Shown piece after piece: positions 10,060 through 18,540 of a stretch of DNA of 64,000 bases. Under the pieces are notes generated by a model. That model was not told the DNA's origin, did no database searches, and saw only the letters and a list, made by a program, of their open reading frames with translations. Location of the stretch: assembly GCA_017610205.1 (NCBI GenBank), contig JAFCCL010000004.1:32001-96000 (forward strand), read 5' to 3'. Positions within the stretch are counted from its first letter, which is position 1. Each line of letters begins with the position of its first letter. The translations under genes and the position numbers were made by a program. Source of the DNA: Candidatus Iainarchaeum sp. GTDB taxonomy: Archaea; Iainarchaeota; Iainarchaeia; Iainarchaeales; GCA-2688035.

Positions 10060-10713
10060 TCAAAAGCTTGACCATCTTGCAAGTTCCTGCATTGCATTTA
10101 TATCCTGGTCAAGAGCTGCAAGCCTTTTTTTCAATTCGGTGATTTTGCGATTGCTTTGCTCCATTCTGAACTTTTGCAGTAGGTCAGCATATTGTGCAAC
10201 CTTTTTGCTCTTTTTGTAAACAATACTTTCGTCAACAGTTTGCACAAGCTGTTTCCTGTAATCAAGGTCTGAAACAAATGTTTTGACCATTGGCTTCCAC
10301 CTTGAATCAGCAACAAGGTGAACAGGCAGGCTTACCTTTTCTGAATCAGCCCTGTAATCTTTGTCAACCGCACATTTTGCCAAATGTTTCCAGTACAATG
10401 GCTCCTTCAATTTTTTGAGGTGGTGTATGTTGTGATAGCTTTTTGCACCGCTGAATTTCTTTTGCCAGCTTTCAAGCCTTGTATTGTACTTATGGTGCAA
10501 TGACCTTGTTTCCTCAATTTTTTTCCTAAGATGTGTTTTGGTTGGATACAACAGCTTTGGCCATGCGCCCTCATTTGGAGAAATGTGAAGCACGCCGCCT
10601 TTTGACAAATAGTGCTTTAAGGCAGCAACCCTTGCAGCTTCCTTTTCAATATTAATGTCAACAGGCAGCATTTTTTGCAGTTGCCCAAAAGAGCTTACAA
10701 GATCTTTTCTCAT
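10060..10713 (-). CDS. Hypothetical basic protein with C-terminal coiled coil
   Basis: 217-aa ORF divergent from nac; no recognised family. Confidence 0.75.
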   Translation of the reverse strand: MRKDLVSSFGQLQKMLPVDINIEKEAARVAALKHYLSKGGVLHISPNEGAWPKLLYPTKTHLRKKIEETRSLHHKYNTRLESWQKKFSGAKSYHNIHHLKKLKEPLYWKHLAKCAVDKDYRADSEKVSLPVHLVADSRWKPMVKTFVSDLDYRKQLVQTVDESIVYKKSKKVAQYADLLQKFRMEQSNRKITELKKRLAALDQDINAMQELARWSSF

Positions 10714-10789
10714 GTAAAAATTATGTGTGGCGCAGGTTAAAAAGCTTTTTCTACCAGAAGAATTTTGAAAAAGAACAGGAGTTGATTAA

Positions 10790-11131
10790 ATGTTTCCAGG
10801 AATGAAAGGAATGGACCCAAGAGCAATGCAAAGAATGATGAAACAAATGGGCATAAAAAACGAAGAAATGGAAGCCGAACGAGTTGTAATTGAAGGAAAG
10901 ACAAAAAAGATAATTATTGAAAATCCAAGCGTAAACATTGTGGTAATGCAGGGAAAAAAAACCTACACCATAATGGGAGACGAAACAGAGCAGGAAAAAG
11001 GAATAAGCAGGGAAGACATTGAAATGGTTGTAAAACAGGCAAATGTTGACGAAAAAAAAGCGGAAGCCGCTTTGAAAAAAAACGAAGGAGACATTGCAGC
11101 CGCAATTCTTGAACTAAAAGGCGATGAGTAA
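10790..11131 (+). CDS. nac: Nascent polypeptide-associated complex protein
   Basis: MDPRAMQRMMKQMGI NAC N-terminus, UBA-like C-terminus (GDIAAAIL). Confidence 0.95.
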   Translation: MFPGMKGMDPRAMQRMMKQMGIKNEEMEAERVVIEGKTKKIIIENPSVNIVVMQGKKTYTIMGDETEQEKGISREDIEMVVKQANVDEKKAEAALKKNEGDIAAAILELKGDE

Positions 11132-11360
11132 AAAATTAAAGCAATTCAAATGTGGGAAAAAAGTCTTCAAATTGCATAAAAAAAATTCTTCAAATTTGTT
11201 TACATAACCCAGCCCAAACATCTTTTACTGCAGATTACTCAGTACAATTGTCAGATCATCATCGGCAAGTAGTATGAATCATACAAAAGGGTTTAAAGAA
11301 TAGGCAAGCAATAGATAAGTTTTAAATATTGATAGGCACATAATTAGTATGTGATAAATT

Positions 11361-11603
11361 ATGAGGAATATTACTTTGTCAATAACAGATGAAACAAAAA
11401 ACAAAATGGAAAGCCACCCTGAAGTGCGTTGGTCCAATGCAGTAAGGGTAATTATTGAGCGAAAACTCAACGACTTTAGAATAGCAGAGGCACTAGCCCA
11501 AAAAAGCAGGCTGACTGAAAAAGATGTTCAGGCCCTCTCGAAAAAAGTTAACAGAGCAATGGGAAAGCACGCAAAGGGGCTATTAAATGAGGGTTACAGT
11601 TGA
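11361..11603 (+). CDS. Antitoxin (VapB/RHH-like)
   Basis: NITLSI...HPEVRWSNAVR; overlaps the PIN gene. Confidence 0.8.
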   Translation: MRNITLSITDETKNKMESHPEVRWSNAVRVIIERKLNDFRIAEALAQKSRLTEKDVQALSKKVNRAMGKHAKGLLNEGYS

Positions 11604-11997
11604 TGCAAACATTCTCTTTGCTGCATTGCTAAAAAGCGGAACAACAAGGGAACTGTGGTTTGGACCAGAAATAGAACTCTATGCACCACATTTTCTCTTA
11701 AAAGAATTCAAAAAATACGCAAATTACTTAAAAGGAAAATTTGTAGGCAGTGAAGAAGAGTTTCAAACACTGTACAACAAAATAACAGCACAGGTTTTCC
11801 TGATTGAAGACTCAGAGCTAAAGCCCTTTTTGCCAGCAGCTGCTTCATTAATTAAAGACCCTGATGACTGGCTATATCTTGCATGTGCCCTAAAAGAAGA
11901 CACAATAGTCTGGAGCGAAGACAAAGGATTCAAAACACAAAACAGGATAAAAACACTTACCACAAAAGAAATGATAAAAGAGTTTGGAAGGCTTTGA
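11587..11997 (+). CDS. vapC: PIN-domain toxin (VapC-like)
   Basis: VDANILFAAL, DPDDWLYLACAL, WSEDKGF. Confidence 0.9.
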   Translation: MRVTVDANILFAALLKSGTTRELWFGPEIELYAPHFLLKEFKKYANYLKGKFVGSEEEFQTLYNKITAQVFLIEDSELKPFLPAAASLIKDPDDWLYLACALKEDTIVWSEDKGFKTQNRIKTLTTKEMIKEFGRL

Positions 11998-12070
11998 AAG
12001 GGCGAACTGAAACGAAAATTAAAGTATATTACCCTTAATACACCAGACTGATTCTTCAAATTGTACAAAA

Positions 12071-13417
12071 CTATTCTTCAACTGCCTGTGCTGATTGAAC
12101 AAAGCCCCTTACAAGAACGAAATCCACTTTGACATTAACTGTGTCACCAACTGAATGTCCTGTTTTAAGCACAGCAGGAACAACACCTGTGTCAATAGCA
12201 TAAGTACTGTTTAAATCGTCAGGGTCGGAGAGTTCAAGTATGGCAAGCTCTCCAGGTTGGGTTAGTTCTGCAACAAGACCCTCTGATTCAAGCAAGGCCA
12301 GCAAATCAGAAGCAGGAATTGTTGAGTTTTCCAAAACAAGTTCAACCTGTCCGGAAATCAGACCCTCTTCCTCTTCAAGTGTTGCATCAATTTCAAGTTC
12401 TTCAAGCTTTGATTTAATTAATTCTTTTTTTTCTGAAAAAGAGCTGCTTGTAATTTCTTCAAAGGAAATTTCTGCAGCCAAAGGCTGGTTTTCAACAGAA
12501 ACACCGGATGCATTGATGTCGTTTAGAAAAATTTCAAGCTCTGAAAATTTTTCTTCCCCAATTTCTTCACCGTTTATTGAAATTTTTTCCCTAACCTCGG
12601 ACATAAAAACAACTGCGTTGTTTACATCAGCAATTTCTGCAATTTGTTCTTCAAGCAAAACAAGGGAGTCAAGCAGACTGTAAGGCAAACCTGCTTCGAA
12701 AAGCAACAGGCTTTCAAGAGAAACAACTTCTGCTTCAATTTCAGAGCTTTTTTGCACAGGTGCAGCAGTAAGATTTTCTTCTTCAACCGCCATAATGTTT
12801 GTGGCATCAGCTCCAACAAAAGTTGCTGAAACCGACACAGTTAATTGGTCACCCTCCATTGCATCAAAACCAACAAGGGCTTCGCTAATGTTTTCAGAAA
12901 AAGCATGAGTTCGGGAAAGTCCAAGGGCAGAATCACGGCTTTGCATTTCAATTTCCGAAGGAAATTCAACCAAAGCAAAAGTATAGCCGTCAATGTACTC
13001 CAAAGAGGTTTCTTGCCCAAGCCTTTCAATTACAAAATCAAGATTTAAATCAGTGTCAAAACTTATTTCTGCAACGTAAACATAGCCTTTTCCAAGAAAA
13101 GTGTAGGGAGATTGTTCAAATCCTGCATTAAGCCTCTTAATTCCCTCAATTGCATAAATACTATTGTTTACTGCAATAATGTCTGTTTCGGTTGTTTCTG
13201 CCTGAATTCTCATTGTTGGAAGCATTTGGTCAACCTTTACAACAACATTTTCTGCAACAAAATCAATTGAGGTTGCAGGCAAAACAGGTTTGTCTCCATT
13301 GTCAGAATCAGGCTTCTGGTCAGGAAAGCTGTAAAAGGCAGTAACTCCAACAATTGAACCAATCAAAAGAACGGAAATAAAAATTGAAAAAATTGTTTTA
13401 AGGTCAAATTCCATCAA
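12071..13417 (-). CDS. Acidic membrane-anchored hypothetical protein
   Basis: N-terminal TM helix; Glu-rich 448-aa ORF. Confidence 0.75.
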   Translation of the reverse strand: MMEFDLKTIFSIFISVLLIGSIVGVTAFYSFPDQKPDSDNGDKPVLPATSIDFVAENVVVKVDQMLPTMRIQAETTETDIIAVNNSIYAIEGIKRLNAGFEQSPYTFLGKGYVYVAEISFDTDLNLDFVIERLGQETSLEYIDGYTFALVEFPSEIEMQSRDSALGLSRTHAFSENISEALVGFDAMEGDQLTVSVSATFVGADATNIMAVEEENLTAAPVQKSSEIEAEVVSLESLLLFEAGLPYSLLDSLVLLEEQIAEIADVNNAVVFMSEVREKISINGEEIGEEKFSELEIFLNDINASGVSVENQPLAAEISFEEITSSSFSEKKELIKSKLEELEIDATLEEEEGLISGQVELVLENSTIPASDLLALLESEGLVAELTQPGELAILELSDPDDLNSTYAIDTGVVPAVLKTGHSVGDTVNVKVDFVLVRGFVQSAQAVEE

Positions 13418-13481
13418 AAATCACAAAAAAAACCTTTAATTTAAAGCCAATTAAGGAGGAAAAAAAATAATAAGGTAAGCT

Positions 13482-13549
13482 ATTGCTTAGATTTTGCACA
13501 AATTGCCATTACTTAACTTTTCCATAATTTCCATTGCTTAGGTTTTGCA
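13482..13549. repeat. Three degenerate 17-bp repeats at about 25-bp period
   Basis: attgcttagattttgca (13482), attacttaacttttcca (13508), attgcttaggttttgca (13533). Confidence 0.55.
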
Positions 13550-13556
13550 TTTACAG

Positions 13557-15416
13557 CTAACTTTTTCGCCTTTCTGAAAAGAACAGTATTGCAAGAGCTG
13601 AAAAGGCAAGCAACGGAATAAAAACAAGGTCAAGCTCTGGCACTGCAGCAGGCTGACCCACTGTGAAAAATACTGATTCCGTATCCGAAGGATCAAACTT
13701 GCCAACCTCATAAGCCTCTACAATAAGCTGGTAGGAACCGGAAGGAAGGAGAGAAACATCAAGGTTGTGTATTAAATCGGCGTGAATTGCTGAATCCCAA
13801 ACTTCTGTTCCTTCCAAAGCAATTGATTTATGGACTCCGCTTACACTAACCTCAGGAACTATAGGCAAGCCTGTAACAGCATCAACAACAGAAAGCTTTA
13901 TTTCAGCATTGACAGTATTATCACCAGAATTCAAAACAGCAATATCTAATGAAGTAAAACTTGGAGTTGCAGAATCAAGTGCAAGAGGCTCTGCAAACAA
14001 TTGAGTAATATTCAAAACACCCTGACCTGTGGAAGCGACAACATTGAAAGGTTTTGTCACAGTGCCCTTGCTGCCAGCAACCAATTCAAATGTTTCAGCA
14101 CTTATTACATAATCATCAATGTCAAGGATTTCTTCTCCAAGACCACCGGCTGCAATCAAATCAAAAGACCCAACTGTTCCAGCTAGAATGGGTTGTGCTC
14201 CAGTAGTAATTGGAATGCCAACAGTAGGTATTTCTGCCTCAACATAAATATTGTAAGCTGTTAAACTGCTTACAGCAACATCAGCCCTTGCCATTGAAAA
14301 CTCGCTTCCCCTTGGCAAAGGAATCGGAGAAGCAAAAACCTTTGTGCCAAAAACAAAAACACGCGCTCCAGGAACACTGCAGACAACATTGGCCACACCA
14401 TTAGGAAGAGAAACAACAATTGGACCCATTTGCCCAAGCGCGTCATAGGGACCGCAGGTAAAAGTGCATATTCCATTTGCACCGCCACTGCATGAAAAAT
14501 CAGCTGCAGAAACACCAGCGCTTCCGCAGTTAATTGATAAATAATCAGGAGGCATTGTATCAAAACCTGCATAAGCAACAGTAACACCAACAATTCCGCT
14601 TTCAATTTCAATCTCTGAAGGAGAAAAACCTACTCCGCAAACACCTGTCCCTGGAACGCTAACAGATATTGTAGTGGTGTCAGTATCCTGCAATCCACCT
14701 AAATCAGTCACAGTCAATGTAACGTCAGCAATGCCCTCATCACTACAAGTAATTGAAGGCTTCATGCCAGTTGCAGTTACAGTACAACCAGGATCGACAG
14801 CCGGGTCATTTGCAATAACCCAATCATAAGTCAGCATAGAGCAATTAGTAAATCCCACACCACAATCTTCATCATCCATAGAACCAGAACCGTCCAAATC
14901 AACAGCATTAGGCAATATTATAACATGCGGAGCACCTGCATCAGCAACAGGAGCAGTATTCAAAACCTCAGCACTGCTGCAGCATACTTTTGTTGCATAA
15001 GGTGCATCTGTGCATGTTGCAATATGGGCATTTGTTGTATCAGAAATTGTTGCAATGCATTCTTCATCAGCATTACAGCTTGCACGATAACTGCATTTCA
15101 AATCACCATAATAAACAGTTGTAGGATAACCAGCTGTTGCAACATGGGCATTGGTTTGACCTGAAAGTGTAAGAACATCGTTAGTTGCAGTGCTAGCATG
15201 CGGGCTTGCTCCAGTGTATTCTTTGCCAAAGATGTCGTCATAACATATTTCTGTAGTGTAACCTCCTGCACCGTTCCAGAGTTCAGCATGTGCGTTGGTT
15301 GGACTGCTAATTCTCATTATAAGTTGGGAATCGTCACCAGGCAATCCTGCACAGGCAGCAAAAGCTGAGGGAAAAAGAAAAAGTGCAAGCAATGCAATGA
15401 AAGCAATTTTGTTCAT
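13557..15416 (-). CDS. Secreted multidomain surface protein (TNAH-repeat domain, PKD/Ig-like domains, VPEL-CTERM)
   Basis: Signal peptide, 3x SxxTNAH, APVADAG...LDGSGSMD PKD motif, PAAVPEL + TM + RRK. Confidence 0.85.
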   Translation of the reverse strand: MNKIAFIALLALFLFPSAFAACAGLPGDDSQLIMRISSPTNAHAELWNGAGGYTTEICYDDIFGKEYTGASPHASTATNDVLTLSGQTNAHVATAGYPTTVYYGDLKCSYRASCNADEECIATISDTTNAHIATCTDAPYATKVCCSSAEVLNTAPVADAGAPHVIILPNAVDLDGSGSMDDEDCGVGFTNCSMLTYDWVIANDPAVDPGCTVTATGMKPSITCSDEGIADVTLTVTDLGGLQDTDTTTISVSVPGTGVCGVGFSPSEIEIESGIVGVTVAYAGFDTMPPDYLSINCGSAGVSAADFSCSGGANGICTFTCGPYDALGQMGPIVVSLPNGVANVVCSVPGARVFVFGTKVFASPIPLPRGSEFSMARADVAVSSLTAYNIYVEAEIPTVGIPITTGAQPILAGTVGSFDLIAAGGLGEEILDIDDYVISAETFELVAGSKGTVTKPFNVVASTGQGVLNITQLFAEPLALDSATPSFTSLDIAVLNSGDNTVNAEIKLSVVDAVTGLPIVPEVSVSGVHKSIALEGTEVWDSAIHADLIHNLDVSLLPSGSYQLIVEAYEVGKFDPSDTESVFFTVGQPAAVPELDLVFIPLLAFSALAILFFSERRKS

Positions 15417-15560
15417 TTACTTTATTTAGTGATTTGTTATATTTAAGGTTAATTATAATACAAAAAAAAAGGCCCGAAGGCAAAAAATTGCCATAAGCAG
15501 CAATTTCAAAAAAAAAAATAAAAGTTTATTAATAACAAAAGCATTAAAATTACTGATTAA

Positions 15561-16772
15561 ATGGAAATAAATCTTGAAAAAAAACACTTTGCAATAATTG
15601 CAGCATTTTGCTTAATTCTGACAACAGGATTAGTTGCAGCAAACCAGGACATGATTCTAAAACTGGCAGCACCAACAACAGACATACTACCAGGAAGAAC
15701 AGTTGGACACAGTTCTGAAGACGTTGTAGTAAACCTTGATGACCTGCTAACAGGCGGCGCACTATGCACAGGAGACATGGGTTTGCAGGAAGCAATAGAC
15801 AACGGCTGCTTTGGAACAGGCGGTGGATTTTTTGGTGACTGGGTTGATATGGGATCTGCTTCAAATAATCACGGACCTGTAGCAACAGACGGGATAGTTG
15901 TTACATATAGTGATGGTGATAGTAACCCTATAGGATATACTGATAGCAGTAGTTCTCCAACTAGGGTAATATCTGGTTTGAATGGATGGAAAAAAGGTTT
16001 TACTATGCCTGTGAAAAAAGGGGATTATTGGAGAGTTGAAGATACAACTAAAAGTTGGTGGATTCCACTAATTGGAGGGGAAAGCGAAGGCAGTTCCGGC
16101 ACATCACTTCCACCATGCTCTAACGACCAGCTCATCCAATATAATTCTGTTGCAGGAGAGTGGGAGTGCGCTGATAGCTGTGCAAATGGGCAAATACTCC
16201 AGTATAATTCAGCATCAGACAGCTGGGAATGTGCTGATTTAATCGGAGTAGCCGGAGCAAGCCTTGGAGAATGGGACTCAACCGACTTAGGACAGGTTGG
16301 AGGAACAGGAACTACCTTGGCTCGTGAAACTATATATCAGGCAATTGGAGACGGTTTTGTTGTAGCTGAAATGATTGCAGGCCACTGTGGACAGGGGATT
16401 GAAGGTTATACTGACAGCGAAAGCAATCCAACTACTTTAAGAGTTCAAAATGGAAGTGGCTACATTGATACTGGCGGAGCAGGCATTACAATGCCTGTTA
16501 AGGCAAATGATTTCTGGAGAGTAAAAAGAAAGAGAACCGATGGGTATTGTGACGGCCCGGTTAATATTTACTGGATTCCACTGATTGGAGGAGGCTCTGC
16601 AGGAGACACTTGTTATTGGACAGGGTATACGGCATGCAGTGCGGATGAAATGGGCATAACAGAGTGTGCTATAGGAGAAGTTATGACCGGTTTTGATTTA
16701 AGAGGTTGTGCTGAGGGCTTATGCGGTGACATAACACGCTGCAGGAAATACAAAATTAAGTGCTGTAATTAA
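15561..16772 (+). CDS. Secreted or anchored Cys/Trp-rich repeat protein (fibre/adhesin-like)
   Basis: N-terminal TM; 2x GYTDS...TMPVK..D(Y/F)WRV...WIPLIGG; 2x C.N.Q..QYNS....WECAD. Confidence 0.8.
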   Translation: MEINLEKKHFAIIAAFCLILTTGLVAANQDMILKLAAPTTDILPGRTVGHSSEDVVVNLDDLLTGGALCTGDMGLQEAIDNGCFGTGGGFFGDWVDMGSASNNHGPVATDGIVVTYSDGDSNPIGYTDSSSSPTRVISGLNGWKKGFTMPVKKGDYWRVEDTTKSWWIPLIGGESEGSSGTSLPPCSNDQLIQYNSVAGEWECADSCANGQILQYNSASDSWECADLIGVAGASLGEWDSTDLGQVGGTGTTLARETIYQAIGDGFVVAEMIAGHCGQGIEGYTDSESNPTTLRVQNGSGYIDTGGAGITMPVKANDFWRVKRKRTDGYCDGPVNIYWIPLIGGGSAGDTCYWTGYTACSADEMGITECAIGEVMTGFDLRGCAEGLCGDITRCRKYKIKCCN

Positions 16773-16871
16773 AGATAATTGCCAAAAACCTTCTTTTAAA
16801 TATTTTTGCTTTTAGAAGGTTTGTAAGGGGAAATTAAAGGAGATACTTTTTTTCTCTCAATTTTTTTTAAG

Positions 16872-17741
16872 GTGATTTTTTTGAAGGACGGAAGCATTAT
16901 TGAAATAGATTATACAGGAAAGGCAATTTTAACAGGCAATGTTTTTGAATCAACTATTGAAAAAAAGGCAATTGCTGCAGGAATTTTCAGCGAAAAAAAC
17001 CAGTACAAGCCAATGGTTGTAGTTGTCGGAGAAGGCCATGTTTTGCCAGGGCTTGAAAAGACCCTGAAAGAAATTAAACAAGGCGAGGAAAGAAAGGTTT
17101 TGGTAAAGCCGGAAGAAGGATGGGGTGAAAGAAAGCCAGGCAATATTGTAGTTGTTCCACTACAGCAGTTTAAGAAAGAAAAAATGCAGCCATTTCCAGG
17201 GCTTGTTGTTGAAGTAAACGGCAGGCAGGGAAAAATCCAAAGCGTAAACGGCGGAAGAGTAAGGATTGATTTTAACCACCCTCTTGCAGGAAAGGAATTG
17301 GAGTATGAGCTAAAAATTGTCAGGGAAATTACTGCACCAAAAGAACAGGTTGAAGCCCTTTACAAAAAGTATTTTTACATGGTTCCAGACGCTGAAAGAA
17401 AGCTTAAAATAGGGCAGGGTGAAATTGAAGTTAGCTTAAGCCCAAGGTGGAGTGCAAATTTGGCTCCGTTAAAAAAGGCTTTTAGCGATCTTGTTACAAA
17501 GCACGTAAAGGGATTTTCAAAAGTAAAATTTGTTGAAGAATTTGTTGAAAAAAAGGACGCAGGGAAAAAACAGAGAGAAGAAAAGACTGAAAAAAAAGAG
17601 GAATCCGAAAAAAAGGAAACAATTGAAGAAAAGGAAACCGTGAAAAGAAAGCCTGAAGAAAAAGATAAAAAAGAGAAGGGTGAAAAGAAAGCAGATTCCA
17701 AAACAGGAAAAGAACAGACATTAAAGAAGCCTCAAAAGTAG
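16872..17741 (+). CDS. FKBP-type peptidyl-prolyl isomerase (archaeal long SlyD type)
   Basis: IDYTG...FEST, VVGEGHVLPGLE, IDFNHPLAGKELEY; charged tail. Confidence 0.93.
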   Translation: MIFLKDGSIIEIDYTGKAILTGNVFESTIEKKAIAAGIFSEKNQYKPMVVVVGEGHVLPGLEKTLKEIKQGEERKVLVKPEEGWGERKPGNIVVVPLQQFKKEKMQPFPGLVVEVNGRQGKIQSVNGGRVRIDFNHPLAGKELEYELKIVREITAPKEQVEALYKKYFYMVPDAERKLKIGQGEIEVSLSPRWSANLAPLKKAFSDLVTKHVKGFSKVKFVEEFVEKKDAGKKQREEKTEKKEESEKKETIEEKETVKRKPEEKDKKEKGEKKADSKTGKEQTLKKPQK

Positions 17742-17815
17742 CTTTATAAAGGTTTTCTTGCAAAAGTTTGTCAGAGGCTTTTACTGTTTGTCTCACATTT
17801 TTTGGTGGGTAGTTA

Positions 17816-18454
17816 ATGGAAAATTCTATTAAAGATTTTAAAACAGGAACCACAACAGTTGGATTAATTGCAACAGAATCGGTAATCTTAGCTGCCGACA
17901 TGAGAGCAAGCTTTGGACACATTGCATATGACGAAGAAAGCCAAAAGCTTTACAAAATTACTGACAGAATTGCAGTAACAAATGCAGGATCTGTTGGAGA
18001 CAGCTTAGCACTGATAAGATTTTTAAGAAGCCAGGCAAGATTGTATGAAATTGAAAGAGACAGTAAGATTACACCAAAGGCACTTGTAACATATCTTTCA
18101 AATGTTTTGAATGCTAACAGGTATTATCCTTTTGCAGCCCAGTTTGTTTTGGGAGGATTGAATGACGGGCCAGAACTCTTTGAGCTAACACCATATGGCG
18201 GAATACTGAAAAGGGACAAGTTTGCTGTTTCAGGTTCAGGAACAGAACCGGCAATGACAACACTTGACCAGAATTACAAAAAGGGCATGAGTGAAGAAGA
18301 AGGAATAGCTGTTGCAATAAAGGCTGTTAATGCAGGAAGAAAAAGGGACATTTATTCAGGCGGAAAAAGCATTTCTGTAATGGTAATTGACAGAAAAGGA
18401 ATAAAACAACTAAAGGAAGCAGAAGTAGAAAAATACTTGCTAAAAAAGGCTTAA
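17816..18454 (+). CDS. psmB: Proteasome subunit beta
   Basis: KTGTTTVG propeptide cleavage site, AGSVGD, SGSG, RDIYSG. Confidence 0.95.
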   Translation: MENSIKDFKTGTTTVGLIATESVILAADMRASFGHIAYDEESQKLYKITDRIAVTNAGSVGDSLALIRFLRSQARLYEIERDSKITPKALVTYLSNVLNANRYYPFAAQFVLGGLNDGPELFELTPYGGILKRDKFAVSGSGTEPAMTTLDQNYKKGMSEEEGIAVAIKAVNAGRKRDIYSGGKSISVMVIDRKGIKQLKEAEVEKYLLKKA

Positions 18455-18540
18455 CTCCCAAAAAAATGGGAATTTTAAGAAATTTTTTTGCCTTTGAGAA
18501 AAATTCAAAAGCAATCCAACGGCTTGCGGAGAAATTTTAA

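Larger units (their letters stand above)
9022..10116. mobile_element. About 1-kb island bounded by a perfect 55-bp direct repeat (9022-9076 = 10062-10116)
   Basis: Repeat is the 3' end of the 10060-10713 gene; both copies end in an in-frame stop (TAG/TGA); no integrase inside. Confidence 0.7.

Noticed and set aside
9912-10097. 61-aa hydrophobic ORF inside the island
   Set aside because: Its start lies inside the upstream gene in another frame; at best a remnant of a membrane protein.
11230-11283. ILLADDD receiver-domain-like fragment on the minus strand
   Set aside because: Too short and frameshifted to support a call.
15561-16772. DGR template/variable repeat pair
   Set aside because: Both repeats are coding, differ by indels rather than adenine-specific changes, and there is no reverse transcriptase in the window.
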